A stretch of DNA of 34,520 nucleotides, from assembly GCA_947624695.1 (NCBI GenBank), contig CANQLN010000001.1:1-34520 (forward strand). The letters run 5' to 3'. Below, in pieces: positions 1 to 8,707 of this stretch. The translations under genes and the position numbers were made by a program. This DNA is from an uncultured Bacilli bacterium. Its GTDB lineage: Bacteria; Bacillota_I; Bacilli_A; RF39; UBA660. Below the pieces are notes generated by a model. The model worked only from the letters and a program-made list of their open reading frames with translations. It was not told where the DNA came from and searched no databases. Numbering within the stretch: position 1 is the first letter of the stretch; every line of letters starts with the position of its first letter.

Positions 1-447
1 TAAATTATTTTCATTTACATAATCATAATACATTCTACATACTACTTGATTAGGTTTGGATTCAGTTATATCTACATCTATTGTTCCATCTAAAGATATA
101 GAATATTTACTCTTTCCTTCTAAGGAATAACAATTAGAAAGTTCTTTATTTATTTGATAATTGGTTACAGGTATTATTTTGGTTTCTTTATATCTATTTT
201 TAGTGGTTGGTGTTTGAGCATAAAAGATTACATTTATATCAGTATTCTTTTCTATTGCTCCATTCTTTGCTAATTCCCCATCTCCAGCAAAGTCTCCTAC
301 TTTAGTACTTAATATTTTTAATTCATTAGAATTATTATAATAGGCATAACTATCTTTTAAAGTTGTTAGTAATAATATAAATATAGTTATTATTAATAAA
401 GTACTACTTATTACTTTAATTTTATTATTCTTTAATTTTTCTATCAT
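1..447 (-). CDS. hypothetical membrane-anchored/secreted protein (3' end runs off the window)
   Basis: Minus-strand ORF absent from the track because no stop occurs before base 1. The ATG at 447-445 is preceded by AGGAGA (complement of 451-460). My translation is MIEKLKNNKIKVISSTLLIITIFILLLTTLKDSYAYYNNSNELKILSTKVGDFAGDGELAKNG...: a basic N-terminus, one hydrophobic helix, then a polar Asn/Tyr/Lys-rich domain. I recognise no family. Confidence 0.6.
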   Translation of the reverse strand, partial: MIEKLKNNKIKVISSTLLIITIFILLLTTLKDSYAYYNNSNELKILSTKVGDFAGDGELAKNGAIEKNTDINVIFYAQTPTTKNRYKETKIIPVTNYQINKELSNCYSLEGKSKYSISLDGTIDVDITESKPNQVVCRMYYDYVNENNL

Positions 448-510
448 TAGCTTTTCTCCTTGTTTAAAATACTGAATACCAATATCAAACAAAAATAATG
501 CCGTGACATT

Positions 511-569
511 ATTTGAGATATTATAAATTAATTTTATCTCAATTAACGTCAGAAGTCAATATCTCAAAT
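511..569. promoter_or_regulatory. operator-like repeats in the divergent promoter region (core TATCTCAA x3; 12-bp inverted repeat)
   Basis: ATTTGAGATATT (511-522) is the exact reverse complement of AATATCTCAAAT (558-569). A third direct copy of the core TATCTCAA lies at 535-542, against 560-567. All sit between the divergent genes ending at 447 and starting at 571/601. Confidence 0.5.
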
Positions 570-600
570 TATGTCAATATATAATTTTAATGTGATGATT

Positions 601-1059
601 ATGAACAATTTAAAAAAATTAAGAAAAGAAAAAAACATATCTCAAAAAGAAATAGCCAATGACTTTAAAATTAGTCAAAATGGCTATTCGCAATATGAAA
701 ATGAAATAAGAAGTATACCTGTATTCTTACTAATAAAGTTAGCTGCATATTTCAATACTTCCATTGATTATATTTTAGGATTAACTACTGAAGTAGAAAA
801 ATACCCTGATTCAAAGATAATTCCCACAAGTTATACAGTTAATAGATTAAAAGAAATAAGAGAAGATCGCGACTTAAATCAACAAAGTGTAGCTCAATTA
901 TTAAAAATGAGCCGAAGTGGTTATTCGGCTTACGAAACAGGAAGTAATATTATTCCTGATTATAAATTAACAAAATTAGCTATTTACTATAATGTTTCTA
1001 TTGATTATCTTCTTTATCTAACTGATGAAAGAAAACCGCATAAAAGACTTTTAAGCTAA
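601..1059 (+). CDS. XRE-family transcriptional regulator with two tandem Cro/C1-type HTH domains
   Basis: Two internally repeated HTH_3-like modules: LKKLRKEKNISQKEIANDFKISQNGYSQYENEIRSIPVFLLIKLAAYFNTSIDYILGLT and LKEIREDRDLNQQSVAQLLKMSRSGYSAYETGSNIIPDYKLTKLAIYYNVSIDYLLYLT. The track start is 571. ATG 601 (MNNLKKLRKEK) fits the usual domain N-terminus better. Neither start has a strong SD. Confidence 0.8.
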   Translation: MNNLKKLRKEKNISQKEIANDFKISQNGYSQYENEIRSIPVFLLIKLAAYFNTSIDYILGLTTEVEKYPDSKIIPTSYTVNRLKEIREDRDLNQQSVAQLLKMSRSGYSAYETGSNIIPDYKLTKLAIYYNVSIDYLLYLTDERKPHKRLLS

Positions 1060-1581
1060 ACTTATATCTTGCTCTTTTTCGTTATAGAAAAGATATTTTG
1101 TAACGGGTTTACCATCGGTAGCATCAAAGGCAAAATCATAAGAGCCAATATCTTCATGGGTTAAAAGTTCTATTCCATTAAAAGGAATTAATTTAATACC
1201 TGATGGTGTATTTTTAATTAAATAATCTTCAAGTATTCTTAAACCTTGATAGTCTTTATTAGCGTCATTCACATACCCCGGAACAAAAACATATTCGATT
1301 GTTGCTTCACTATCAATAGTAAAATATTGCATCATTTCTTTTAAAATATTAATTAAATTACTAGGACTAGCATGACCTACCATTGCTAGTTTATTTTTAC
1401 GGTCATAAAAAACTATGCCATAGCAAGTAGCTAAAGCTATTGTTCCGACAACGGGTTTTTCTAAAGAAGATACCACAATTTCATTAATGTCAGCAATATT
1501 AGCTTTTGCTTTTAAAGCCAACTTTAAATTTAGTAAATCTTCTTTAATATTTTCATCATATTTATTTTCTAATTTTTCCAT
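1051..1581 (-). CDS. hypothetical protein, CheD-like (Thr-Cys-His deamidase-type) fold candidate
   Basis: 176 aa, 22 bp downstream of spoVT on the same strand. The segment VVGTIALATCYGIVFYDRKNKLAMVGHASPS places T47, C53 and H70 with the same spacing (Cys-6, Cys, Cys+17) as the CheD triad T21/C27/H44 as I recall it. Its length is close to CheD (~160 aa). Its 3' end overlaps the convergent XRE gene by 9 bp. Confidence 0.45.
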   Translation of the reverse strand: MEKLENKYDENIKEDLLNLKLALKAKANIADINEIVVSSLEKPVVGTIALATCYGIVFYDRKNKLAMVGHASPSNLINILKEMMQYFTIDSEATIEYVFVPGYVNDANKDYQGLRILEDYLIKNTPSGIKLIPFNGIELLTHEDIGSYDFAFDATDGKPVTKYLFYNEKEQDISLA

Positions 1582-1602
1582 AACCTAATTATATCAAAAT
1601 AT

Positions 1603-2112
1603 TTAAACAACATCTATTTTTTGAACAATTAGTTTTTGAATTATTTTAGCATATTTTAAATCTTCTTCTTGTTTTTTATCATTTATAATTATGGCAAGAC
1701 CACTACAATCAGTTGAAGTAATAATAGGCATAATAGTAAAATAACCTTTAATATTTAAAAACTCTTCTAAAGAATTACTAACCCAAGACTCTCTATTATC
1801 AATTAAATTTTTATGTTTTTCATCTAAAGACATATTGGCTAGTTCTTTTAAATTACTACTTGTTGCAATTATTTTTTCCCGATCACTTATTAAAACTCCC
1901 ACATTACAAACATCATAAATAATATTGCAAAATTCATCACCGATATCTTTAATATTTTCCACTTGGGAATATTTTTTAATAATAATCGCATTATCATTGG
2001 TATATATTTCTAAAGGTTCGCCATCTCGAATACCTAAATTATATCTAATTTCTTTGGGAACTACAATTCTACCTAATTCATCAATTCTTCTAGTAATTCC
2101 ACTTTTTGTCAT
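1603..2112 (-). CDS. spoVT: stage V sporulation protein T (AbrB-type swapped-hairpin N-domain + GAF-like C-domain)
   Basis: MTKSGITRRIDELGRIVVPKEIRYNLGIRDGEPLEIY...IIKKYS closely matches the SpoVT/AbrB N-terminus. C-terminal similarity covers VLISDREKIIATSS and TIMPIITSTDCSGLAIIINDK. The pth-mfd-spoVT gene order matches B. subtilis. Confidence 0.88.
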   Translation of the reverse strand: MTKSGITRRIDELGRIVVPKEIRYNLGIRDGEPLEIYTNDNAIIIKKYSQVENIKDIGDEFCNIIYDVCNVGVLISDREKIIATSSNLKELANMSLDEKHKNLIDNRESWVSNSLEEFLNIKGYFTIMPIITSTDCSGLAIIINDKKQEEDLKYAKIIQKLIVQKIDVV

Positions 2113-2172
2113 ATACTACTCACTCCTTTTTATAGTGTGAGTAAAAATATCTTTATTATACTTAAGAAGTTA

Positions 2173-2424
2173 TTATTTTTTTAATTTAATTAAATATAGT
2201 CCTAAATTTATTAAAAAAATTATTATTAATAAAATAGGAATAAGACAAAATAATATTTCCCACAAATGGGTTTGGGCACTTTCTAGTAGTGAAATACCTT
2301 CCGCATTATATGGTCCTAGAGCCATCCATAAAATAACTACTCCCACAAAAGTCTCACATAATGAATTAATAACAACCATTATTTGATTAGTTTTTAATTT
2401 CTTATTTTTTTCCGCCTTTGCCAT
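2173..2424 (-). CDS. small hypothetical membrane protein
   Basis: 83-aa ORF with two clearly hydrophobic segments, packed between mfd and spoVT on the same strand. No family recognised. Confidence 0.55.
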   Translation of the reverse strand: MAKAEKNKKLKTNQIMVVINSLCETFVGVVILWMALGPYNAEGISLLESAQTHLWEILFCLIPILLIIIFLINLGLYLIKLKK

Positions 2425-2434
2425 ATGAACTCCT

Positions 2435-5400
2435 TTAATTATCTTTAATTGCCACCAAAAGTTTTACTAAGTAATAGATATAATGCTCGGGTAATTGTTT
2501 ATAAAATAATGTAATAATAATATTTTTATGTAAATACTTAATATTAAATTTTGGTGAGATACTCATGGTTTCAAATAATAATTTATCACCTTTTATGCTA
2601 TTAGATAATTCTTCCGGTAAAGTAATTTCTACAAAACGGTCAGTCTTATTTATTCTAGTTATATTAAGCATCTTACACAAATTAGTAAACCATTCTTCAT
2701 ACATATATATTTCCATATCTTGATCAATTTTACCAAAACGATCTTCTAACTCTTCTTTAACTTCTTGAAGTTTTTCTAAAGAATCAATTTCATTAATCTT
2801 TTGATGAATTTCAATTTTTATATCTTCATCAGAAACATATTCATCTTTAATATGGGTCGATACTTCAATAAGATTTTGATTATCTTCATCCTCTTCTTCG
2901 ACATATTCCCCTTTAGCCCTTTTAAGTTCATCTTCAATTAACTTCATATATAGAGAAATTCCTACGGAATCGACAAATCCGGCTTGATCACTACCAAAAA
3001 TATCACCGGCCCCTCTAATGGATAAATCCCGCATCGCTATTTTATAACCACTACCTAATTCAGTAAATTCTTTAATTGCTTGTAATCTTTTAACTGCTAC
3101 TTCGTTAAGCATCTTTTGTTTATTATATAAAAGATAAGCATAGGCAACTTTATCACTACGACCAACTCTTCCTCTTATTTGATATAATTGGGACAAACCA
3201 AAATTATCGGCATCATAAACAATTAAAGTATTAGCATTAGGAATATCAATACCATTTTCAATTATCGTGGTACAAATTAAAATATCATAATTAAACTCGA
3301 CAAAGTCTTCCATTATCGTTTCTAATTCTTCTTTACTCATTTTACCATGAGCATAAGTAATTCTTGCTTCCGGAACTAGTAAAGATATTTTTTCCGCGAT
3401 TCTATCGATGTCTTCAATTCGATTATATAAAATAAATACTTGACCTTTTCTCGATAACTCCTTATAAATAGCATCTTTAATAATCAAATCTTGTTCTTCA
3501 ATGACATAAGTTTGGACCGGATACCTATTAATCGGAGGGGTATCAATAATAGATAAATCTCTTAAACCTGATAAAGCCATTTTCAAAGTTCTCGGAATCG
3601 GTGTAGCCGAAAGAGTTAAAACATTAACATCGGTTTTAAATTGTTTAATTTTCTCTTTATGCTTAACTCCAAATCTTTGCTCTTCATCAACAATTAAAAG
3701 ACCTAATTTAGAAGGCTTTATGTCATCACTTAAAATTCGGTGGGTTCCCACTAAAATATCAACCCGCCCATTTTGTAAATTTTCAAGAATATATCTTCCT
3801 TCTTTTGGAGTAGTAAAACGATTAAACAAACGAATATTAACCGGAATATCTTTAAATCTTTCTTTGATAACATTATATTGTTGCTTAGCCAAAATAGTGG
3901 TTGGACATAAATACATAACTTGCATGTTGTTAACAACAGTTTTAAAAATAGCCCGCATTGCAACCTCGGTTTTACCAAAACCAACATCGCCACATAAAAG
4001 ACGATCCATCGGAATAACACTTTTTAAATCACTTCTAATCTCCGCAATCGCTTTAGTTTGGTCCCTTGTTTCTTGATAAGGAAAACTACTAGCAAATAAA
4101 GCCTCTTCTTCATAATCTTGATAAGCAATTCCTTTTATTTCCGCTCTCTTTTTATATAAATCTAATAATTCTTTGGAAATATCTTTCGCTTTCGCTTTAA
4201 TATAAGTTTTAGTTTTAGCCCAACTAGTCGAATTTAATTTATTAATTTTAGGCTTTAAACCATCTTTACTAGAATATTTATAAATAGAATTTATTTTTTC
4301 AACGGGAATATAAATTTTATCATTGCCTTCATATAAAACTTGAATATAATCTTTTTTTAAACCATCTTTGGTTAAGGTTACTAAGCCATTGTAAATCCCG
4401 ATACCATGGTTTAAATGAACAACATAATCACCTTTCTCTAAATCATTGTAACTTTTAATTTTCTTTCCTATATGAAGATTATTTTTATATTTTGCATTGG
4501 CTTTAGTTTCAATCCCTATATCAAATTCGGAAATACATACTACGTTATTATAAATAAAACCTTTATTTAATTTTTTATTAATAATTTTAGCTGATGGAAT
4601 TAAAGATTTTATCGTTTTAACTTCATTAGGTTTTGATAAATAAAAATAAACATCTTTTTTCTCTTTTTCCCATTTATAAACTGTATCTTTTAAAAGTTCA
4701 AAATTTTCTTTAAAATTAGGAATTTCATGAGAAACAATATCGGTTGGATTATTAATATTATCAATATATAATTCATAAGAAGGATTAATGTCAGATAATT
4801 CAAACATATACTTTTCATGTTCGTGATTACTTTCTTGATATTCGGTAATCTCTTCCCCTAATTTTTGATAAGCGGCATCTATTTGTGACTTATTTAAATA
4901 AACTACTATACCATTATTGGTATAATCATATAAAGAACTTTTTTGACTTGTTTCTACTTCCTTAAAAGGTTTTAGGGAAATTTCTTTTATTTCTTCCATC
5001 GTTCTTTGGGTATTTTCATCAAAATACCTAATTGATTCTATAGTATCGCCAAAAAATTCGATTCTAATTGGATGAAGCTCATTTATTAAATAAATATCGA
5101 TAATAAAACCTCTAATAGAATATTCCCCGGTTGTAGTAACCAAAGATTCCCTATTATAACCATACTCGTCCAACTTTTTTATTAATTCATTTCGATCAAT
5201 ATTATCATCAACTTTAATCTTTAAAATACTTTCTTCTCTAACACTTGGTAAATATTTTAAATAACCCATTAAATTGGTCACAATAATTAGATTATGAGCT
5301 TGTAATTTTTCTAAAACATTTAATCTTCCTAAAGTAAATTCTGGCGAAATAGCCACAATTTTTGAAGTAATAAAGTCATCCATAGGAAATAATTCCACAT

Positions 5401-5581
5401 TATCAGTATGGTTTTTTAAAGCATTATAAATATTATTACTTTCATATAAATTGCTCGCTACTAAAATAACATTTTTCTTAGTTTCTTTAAATAATTCTAA
5501 CAAGTAAAAAGCGATTAACTCATTTGTTAACCCATATGTCGTTTTGCCATTTTCATAATTAAAGAAACTTTTAAAATCCAT
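2435..5581 (-). CDS. mfd: transcription-repair coupling factor
   Basis: 1048 aa. SF2 translocase motifs LLCGDVGFGKTEVA (Walker A), LLIVDEEQRFG (motif II) and LSATPIPRTL. It lies immediately downstream of pth. Confidence 0.96.
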   Translation of the reverse strand: MDFKSFFNYENGKTTYGLTNELIAFYLLELFKETKKNVILVASNLYESNNIYNALKNHTDNVELFPMDDFITSKIVAISPEFTLGRLNVLEKLQAHNLIIVTNLMGYLKYLPSVREESILKIKVDDNIDRNELIKKLDEYGYNRESLVTTTGEYSIRGFIIDIYLINELHPIRIEFFGDTIESIRYFDENTQRTMEEIKEISLKPFKEVETSQKSSLYDYTNNGIVVYLNKSQIDAAYQKLGEEITEYQESNHEHEKYMFELSDINPSYELYIDNINNPTDIVSHEIPNFKENFELLKDTVYKWEKEKKDVYFYLSKPNEVKTIKSLIPSAKIINKKLNKGFIYNNVVCISEFDIGIETKANAKYKNNLHIGKKIKSYNDLEKGDYVVHLNHGIGIYNGLVTLTKDGLKKDYIQVLYEGNDKIYIPVEKINSIYKYSSKDGLKPKINKLNSTSWAKTKTYIKAKAKDISKELLDLYKKRAEIKGIAYQDYEEEALFASSFPYQETRDQTKAIAEIRSDLKSVIPMDRLLCGDVGFGKTEVAMRAIFKTVVNNMQVMYLCPTTILAKQQYNVIKERFKDIPVNIRLFNRFTTPKEGRYILENLQNGRVDILVGTHRILSDDIKPSKLGLLIVDEEQRFGVKHKEKIKQFKTDVNVLTLSATPIPRTLKMALSGLRDLSIIDTPPINRYPVQTYVIEEQDLIIKDAIYKELSRKGQVFILYNRIEDIDRIAEKISLLVPEARITYAHGKMSKEELETIMEDFVEFNYDILICTTIIENGIDIPNANTLIVYDADNFGLSQLYQIRGRVGRSDKVAYAYLLYNKQKMLNEVAVKRLQAIKEFTELGSGYKIAMRDLSIRGAGDIFGSDQAGFVDSVGISLYMKLIEDELKRAKGEYVEEEDEDNQNLIEVSTHIKDEYVSDEDIKIEIHQKINEIDSLEKLQEVKEELEDRFGKIDQDMEIYMYEEWFTNLCKMLNITRINKTDRFVEITLPEELSNSIKGDKLLFETMSISPKFNIKYLHKNIIITLFYKQLPEHYIYYLVKLLVAIKDN

Positions 5582-5589
5582 ATTTACTC

Positions 5590-6138
5590 CTAATTATTAT
5601 TTGCTTTAAGAATATTATCTATACCACCTATTATAAAAGCGTTAATTAATTCATTAAATTTTTCAAAGTTTTCTTCAATACTATTTTTTTCTTCTTCCGA
5701 AAATCTTGATAAAACATATTTATCAGTAGGAATTAAACTACTTTTACCAATACCCACTTTTAATCTTGAAAAATCTTCACTACCTAGTTCACTAATTATT
5801 GACTTAATACCATTATGTCCTCCAGATGAACTATTCTTTTTAATTTTATAAGCTCCGACTTTTAAATCTAAGTCATCTTGAATAACTAAGATATCATCTA
5901 AATTTATTTTATAGAATTTAACAACCTTACTTACGGCCATTCCTGATAAATTCATATAAGTTAAAGGTTTTAAAAATATAACATCTTCACCTTCAATAGT
6001 AGTGCTATAGAAATTACTTTCCATTTTATTTTTCCAAGCAACTTTTCCTAAATAATTATCTAGAACCATAAAGCCAATATTATGTCTGGTGTTTTTATAT
6101 TCTCTTCCCGGATTACCTAATCCAACAACTAGTTTCAT
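5590..6138 (-). CDS. pth: peptidyl-tRNA hydrolase
   Basis: MKLVVGLGNPGREYKNTRHNIGFMVLD is the Pth signature N-terminus. 182 aa. Confidence 0.96.
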   Translation of the reverse strand: MKLVVGLGNPGREYKNTRHNIGFMVLDNYLGKVAWKNKMESNFYSTTIEGEDVIFLKPLTYMNLSGMAVSKVVKFYKINLDDILVIQDDLDLKVGAYKIKKNSSSGGHNGIKSIISELGSEDFSRLKVGIGKSSLIPTDKYVLSRFSEEEKNSIEENFEKFNELINAFIIGGIDNILKANNN

Positions 6139-6863
6139 TATTCCTCCTTAAACATGTTTTGATAACTTGTATATTCATTAATGTTTTTTATATTATTTAT
6201 TTTAATACCTCTACTCGCATCTTTAACGCATCTTACTAAAACGATTGAAGGTTTATTATCTTCTTTAGTTTTAATAAGTTCAATATTTTTAACATTTAAT
6301 TTGTATTTATCTCCTAAAATTATTATCTCATCTAATCTTTCTAAACGATGAACTAAATACAATTCTCCTTTAGTATTTAAATGACTTTTCGCTATTTTAA
6401 ATACATCTTCTAAAGTTATAGATATTTCATGCCTCGCTAACGCTAAAGGTGAAAAATCATTAATAAAAGCTTTATTATTAACTTTAAAAAATGGAGGATT
6501 GCAAGTAATTATATCATATTTTTCATTTTTTTTAAATTCATCTATCATTTTTATATCTTCATTATAAATGGTTATTTGTTCATCTAATTTATTATATAAA
6601 ATACTTTCTTTAGCTAACTCAAAGATGTCTTCTTGAATTTCAAAGCCATCAATATGAGCCTTAGTTTTAGTGGAAAGAATTAATGGAACTACTGCATTAC
6701 CACTACATAGATCTAAAATATTTTTTGTGGTTTTAGTAATTTTAACATACTCCGCTAAAAGAATAGAATCTAAAGAAAATTTAAAATATTTTTTATATTG
6801 ATATATTTTTAAATTAGGATAATCAAATAAATCGTTGAGTTCCATCTTATTCATTGTTATCAA
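6138..6863 (-). CDS. SAM-dependent methyltransferase, tRNA1(Val) adenine-N6 methyltransferase (YabB/TrmN6)-like
   Basis: SAM-binding motif ILDLCSGNAVVPL and the N6-adenine methyltransferase tetrad NPPF (ITCNPPFFKV). It follows ricT as yabB does in Bacillus. The start is ambiguous (ATGs at 6863, 6854 and 6845). Confidence 0.8.
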   Translation of the reverse strand: MITMNKMELNDLFDYPNLKIYQYKKYFKFSLDSILLAEYVKITKTTKNILDLCSGNAVVPLILSTKTKAHIDGFEIQEDIFELAKESILYNKLDEQITIYNEDIKMIDEFKKNEKYDIITCNPPFFKVNNKAFINDFSPLALARHEISITLEDVFKIAKSHLNTKGELYLVHRLERLDEIIILGDKYKLNVKNIELIKTKEDNKPSIVLVRCVKDASRGIKINNIKNINEYTSYQNMFKEE

Positions 6864-7617
6864 TTTCTACTTCTTCTTTATTGCTACCAATTAAAACCTT
6901 ACATTTTCTATTTAATATATCAACACTAACAACTTCACCTTCACCATTTTTAGTATTAATGACATCCCCAACACTAGGCATTCCTTTACTACATTCTAAG
7001 TAGTTTTCATCCTCATATTGTAAACAACAAAGAAGTCTACCGCACAAACCATTAATCTTCGAAGGATTCAAGGCTAAATTCTGATTTTTAGCCATATTCA
7101 TAGAAATAGCATCAATATGGTTTAAAAACCTTGCACAGCAAATGCGACCACCACATATTCCAATACCCCCAATTTCTTTAGCTTTATCTCGAGCTCCAAT
7201 TTGTCGAAGTTCAATTCTAGTATGATATATTCCGGCTAGCTTTTTAGCTAGTTCTCTAAAATCGACTCTTTCATCAGATGTAAAATTAAATAATAACTGC
7301 GATCTATCAAAAGTAAATTCAGCACTTATAACATGCATATTTAAACCTAAATTTTCTACTAAACTTTTACATTTTTCTAAAGCATCATCAGCACTTTTTA
7401 AAAGTTTATAATATTCTTCAGTATCTTCTTCCGTAGCTTTTCTAACAATGTTTTTATAACTTTCATTATTTTCAGTTGCAATTATTCCATTTATTTTACC
7501 ATATTGTAAACCTTTCTCGGTTTCCACAATAACATAATCATCTATTTCATAATCAAGAGAACCATTAAAATAATAACTTTTACCTTGGTCTTTAAATTTA
7601 ACACTATAAGACTTCAT
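6847..7617 (-). CDS. ricT: PSP1-domain regulatory iron-sulfur protein RicT (YaaT)
   Basis: 256 aa with a conserved PSP1 region (RELAKKLAGIYHTRIELRQIGARDKAK, CGRLLCCLQYE cysteine cluster). It lies directly downstream of holB, as in Bacillus. Confidence 0.9.
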   Translation of the reverse strand: MKSYSVKFKDQGKSYYFNGSLDYEIDDYVIVETEKGLQYGKINGIIATENNESYKNIVRKATEEDTEEYYKLLKSADDALEKCKSLVENLGLNMHVISAEFTFDRSQLLFNFTSDERVDFRELAKKLAGIYHTRIELRQIGARDKAKEIGGIGICGGRICCARFLNHIDAISMNMAKNQNLALNPSKINGLCGRLLCCLQYEDENYLECSKGMPSVGDVINTKNGEGEVVSVDILNRKCKVLIGSNKEEVEIDNNE

Positions 7618-8470
7618 TATTTATTTCCTCCATTTTTATTATAAATTTATCTAATAATAATCCTTCATTAACATTATAATTTATTTCTTGCAAAAAGTTA
7701 ATTAACAAATTAACTTTTTGCTTTAAATTTTCCACACTTTTACTCTTTAAATAATCTAATTCTCTATTTTCTTCATCTTTTAATATTTTTTTATTTAAAG
7801 TATCTTTATAAATATTTAATATTATTTGAAGAATTATTTTTATTTCATCTTTCGATAATTCACTTAAATATTCTTTATTATACAAAATTAAATCAGTTTT
7901 TTCTACTTCAATTTTTTGCAAATATTCTTTTATTATTGATAAATATTTATTATAGTCTTCTTCACTTATGCCTAATTCTTCATAAGGATTATTGGCAAAG
8001 TTTATTTCTAAGTGTTGGCATCTACTTTGAATTGTTAATAAAACATTATCAAGCTTAGAGGTAAGGAAAAAACCAATTACTGATCCTTCTGGTTCTTCTA
8101 AAAATTTTAACATTGTATTAGCAGACTCTTTATTCATTCTTTCAGCATTTTTGATAATGTAAATATTTTCTTTAGTATATTGCGACTCTTTGGAAAAAAA
8201 GTATTTTAAATCTAATATTTGCTCTTTTTTAATAAAATTGCCATCAGGTTCAATCACCTTTAAACTAGGAAGATTTTGAATATCGATTAAATGACATAAA
8301 GAACACTTATTACAATTTTCTTCATATTCAGAAACGCAAAAAATGTTCTTTATAACTTTTAAAAGAACTTCATAACACTTTTGAATATTATTAGTGGAAA
8401 TTAAATAAGCATGGGCTAATTTTTTTTCATGATAATATTCAATTAATTGTTCAAGGGTACTGCTTTCTAT
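7604..8470 (-). CDS. holB: DNA polymerase III delta-prime subunit, with a non-canonical (ATA 8470 or ATT 8473) start
   Basis: The track ORF begins at GTG 8257. The same frame stays open up to an in-frame TAG at 8482-8480 and encodes IESSTLEQLIEYYHEKKLAHAYLISTNN...CVSEYEENCNKCSLCHLIDIQNLPSLKVIEPDG. That is the conserved HolB N-terminus (HAYL motif and CxxC zinc module). AGGAGG at 8481-8476 lies 2 to 5 nt upstream. Downstream motifs are ANTMLKFLEEP and TIQSRCQ. Confidence 0.85.
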   Translation of the reverse strand: MESSTLEQLIEYYHEKKLAHAYLISTNNIQKCYEVLLKVIKNIFCVSEYEENCNKCSLCHLIDIQNLPSLKVIEPDGNFIKKEQILDLKYFFSKESQYTKENIYIIKNAERMNKESANTMLKFLEEPEGSVIGFFLTSKLDNVLLTIQSRCQHLEINFANNPYEELGISEEDYNKYLSIIKEYLQKIEVEKTDLILYNKEYLSELSKDEIKIILQIILNIYKDTLNKKILKDEENRELDYLKSKSVENLKQKVNLLINFLQEINYNVNEGLLLDKFIIKMEEINNEVL

Positions 8471-8479
8471 AATAACCTC

Positions 8480-8668
8480 CTAATTTATAATATAGAAGAC
8501 AGCAAAAAGAGATAATAAACCAGGTACTCCTAAGAAAGAAGTAATTGAAACAGTATAAATATTTATAGGTAAATATACGCCAACATTTTTTAGCATAACA
8601 TCTATTCCATAAATAATTCCAAAAGCAAAAACAACTTTTTTTAAGATAATACCTAGTTTATTTAGCAC
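8480..8668 (-). CDS. bofA: BofA-family (pro-sigma-K processing inhibitor-like) small membrane protein
   Basis: 62 aa with a GTG start after GGGTGA. The C-terminal VYLPINIYTVSITSFLGVPGLLSLFAV resembles the B. subtilis BofA motif (H)VPINL.T...G.LGIPG. Its position just after recR matches the Bacillus recR-yaaL-bofA neighbourhood. Confidence 0.7.
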   Translation of the reverse strand: MLNKLGIILKKVVFAFGIIYGIDVMLKNVGVYLPINIYTVSITSFLGVPGLLSLFAVFYIIN

Positions 8669-8689
8669 TTATATCACCCAGTAAATTAT

Positions 8690-8703
8690 ATTTCCCGGGA
8701 AAT
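8690..8703. promoter_or_regulatory. Noc-binding site (NBS) consensus ATTTCCCGGGAAAT, copy 1
   Basis: Exact 14-bp palindrome, extended to 18 bp (8688-8705). It lies between the recR stop (8708) and the bofA start (8668). Confidence 0.8.
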
Positions 8704-8707
8704 ATTT

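Noticed and set aside
1925-2140. 71-aa plus-strand ORF overlapping spoVT
   Set aside because: It lies entirely antisense to a well-supported conserved gene. Its low-complexity Leu/Ile/Ser composition is typical of shadow ORFs in AT-rich DNA, and it has no SD.
3720-4076. 118-aa (+) and 89-aa (-, 3751-4020) ORFs inside mfd
   Set aside because: One is antisense and the other out of frame within the conserved mfd helicase core. Both are shadow ORFs.
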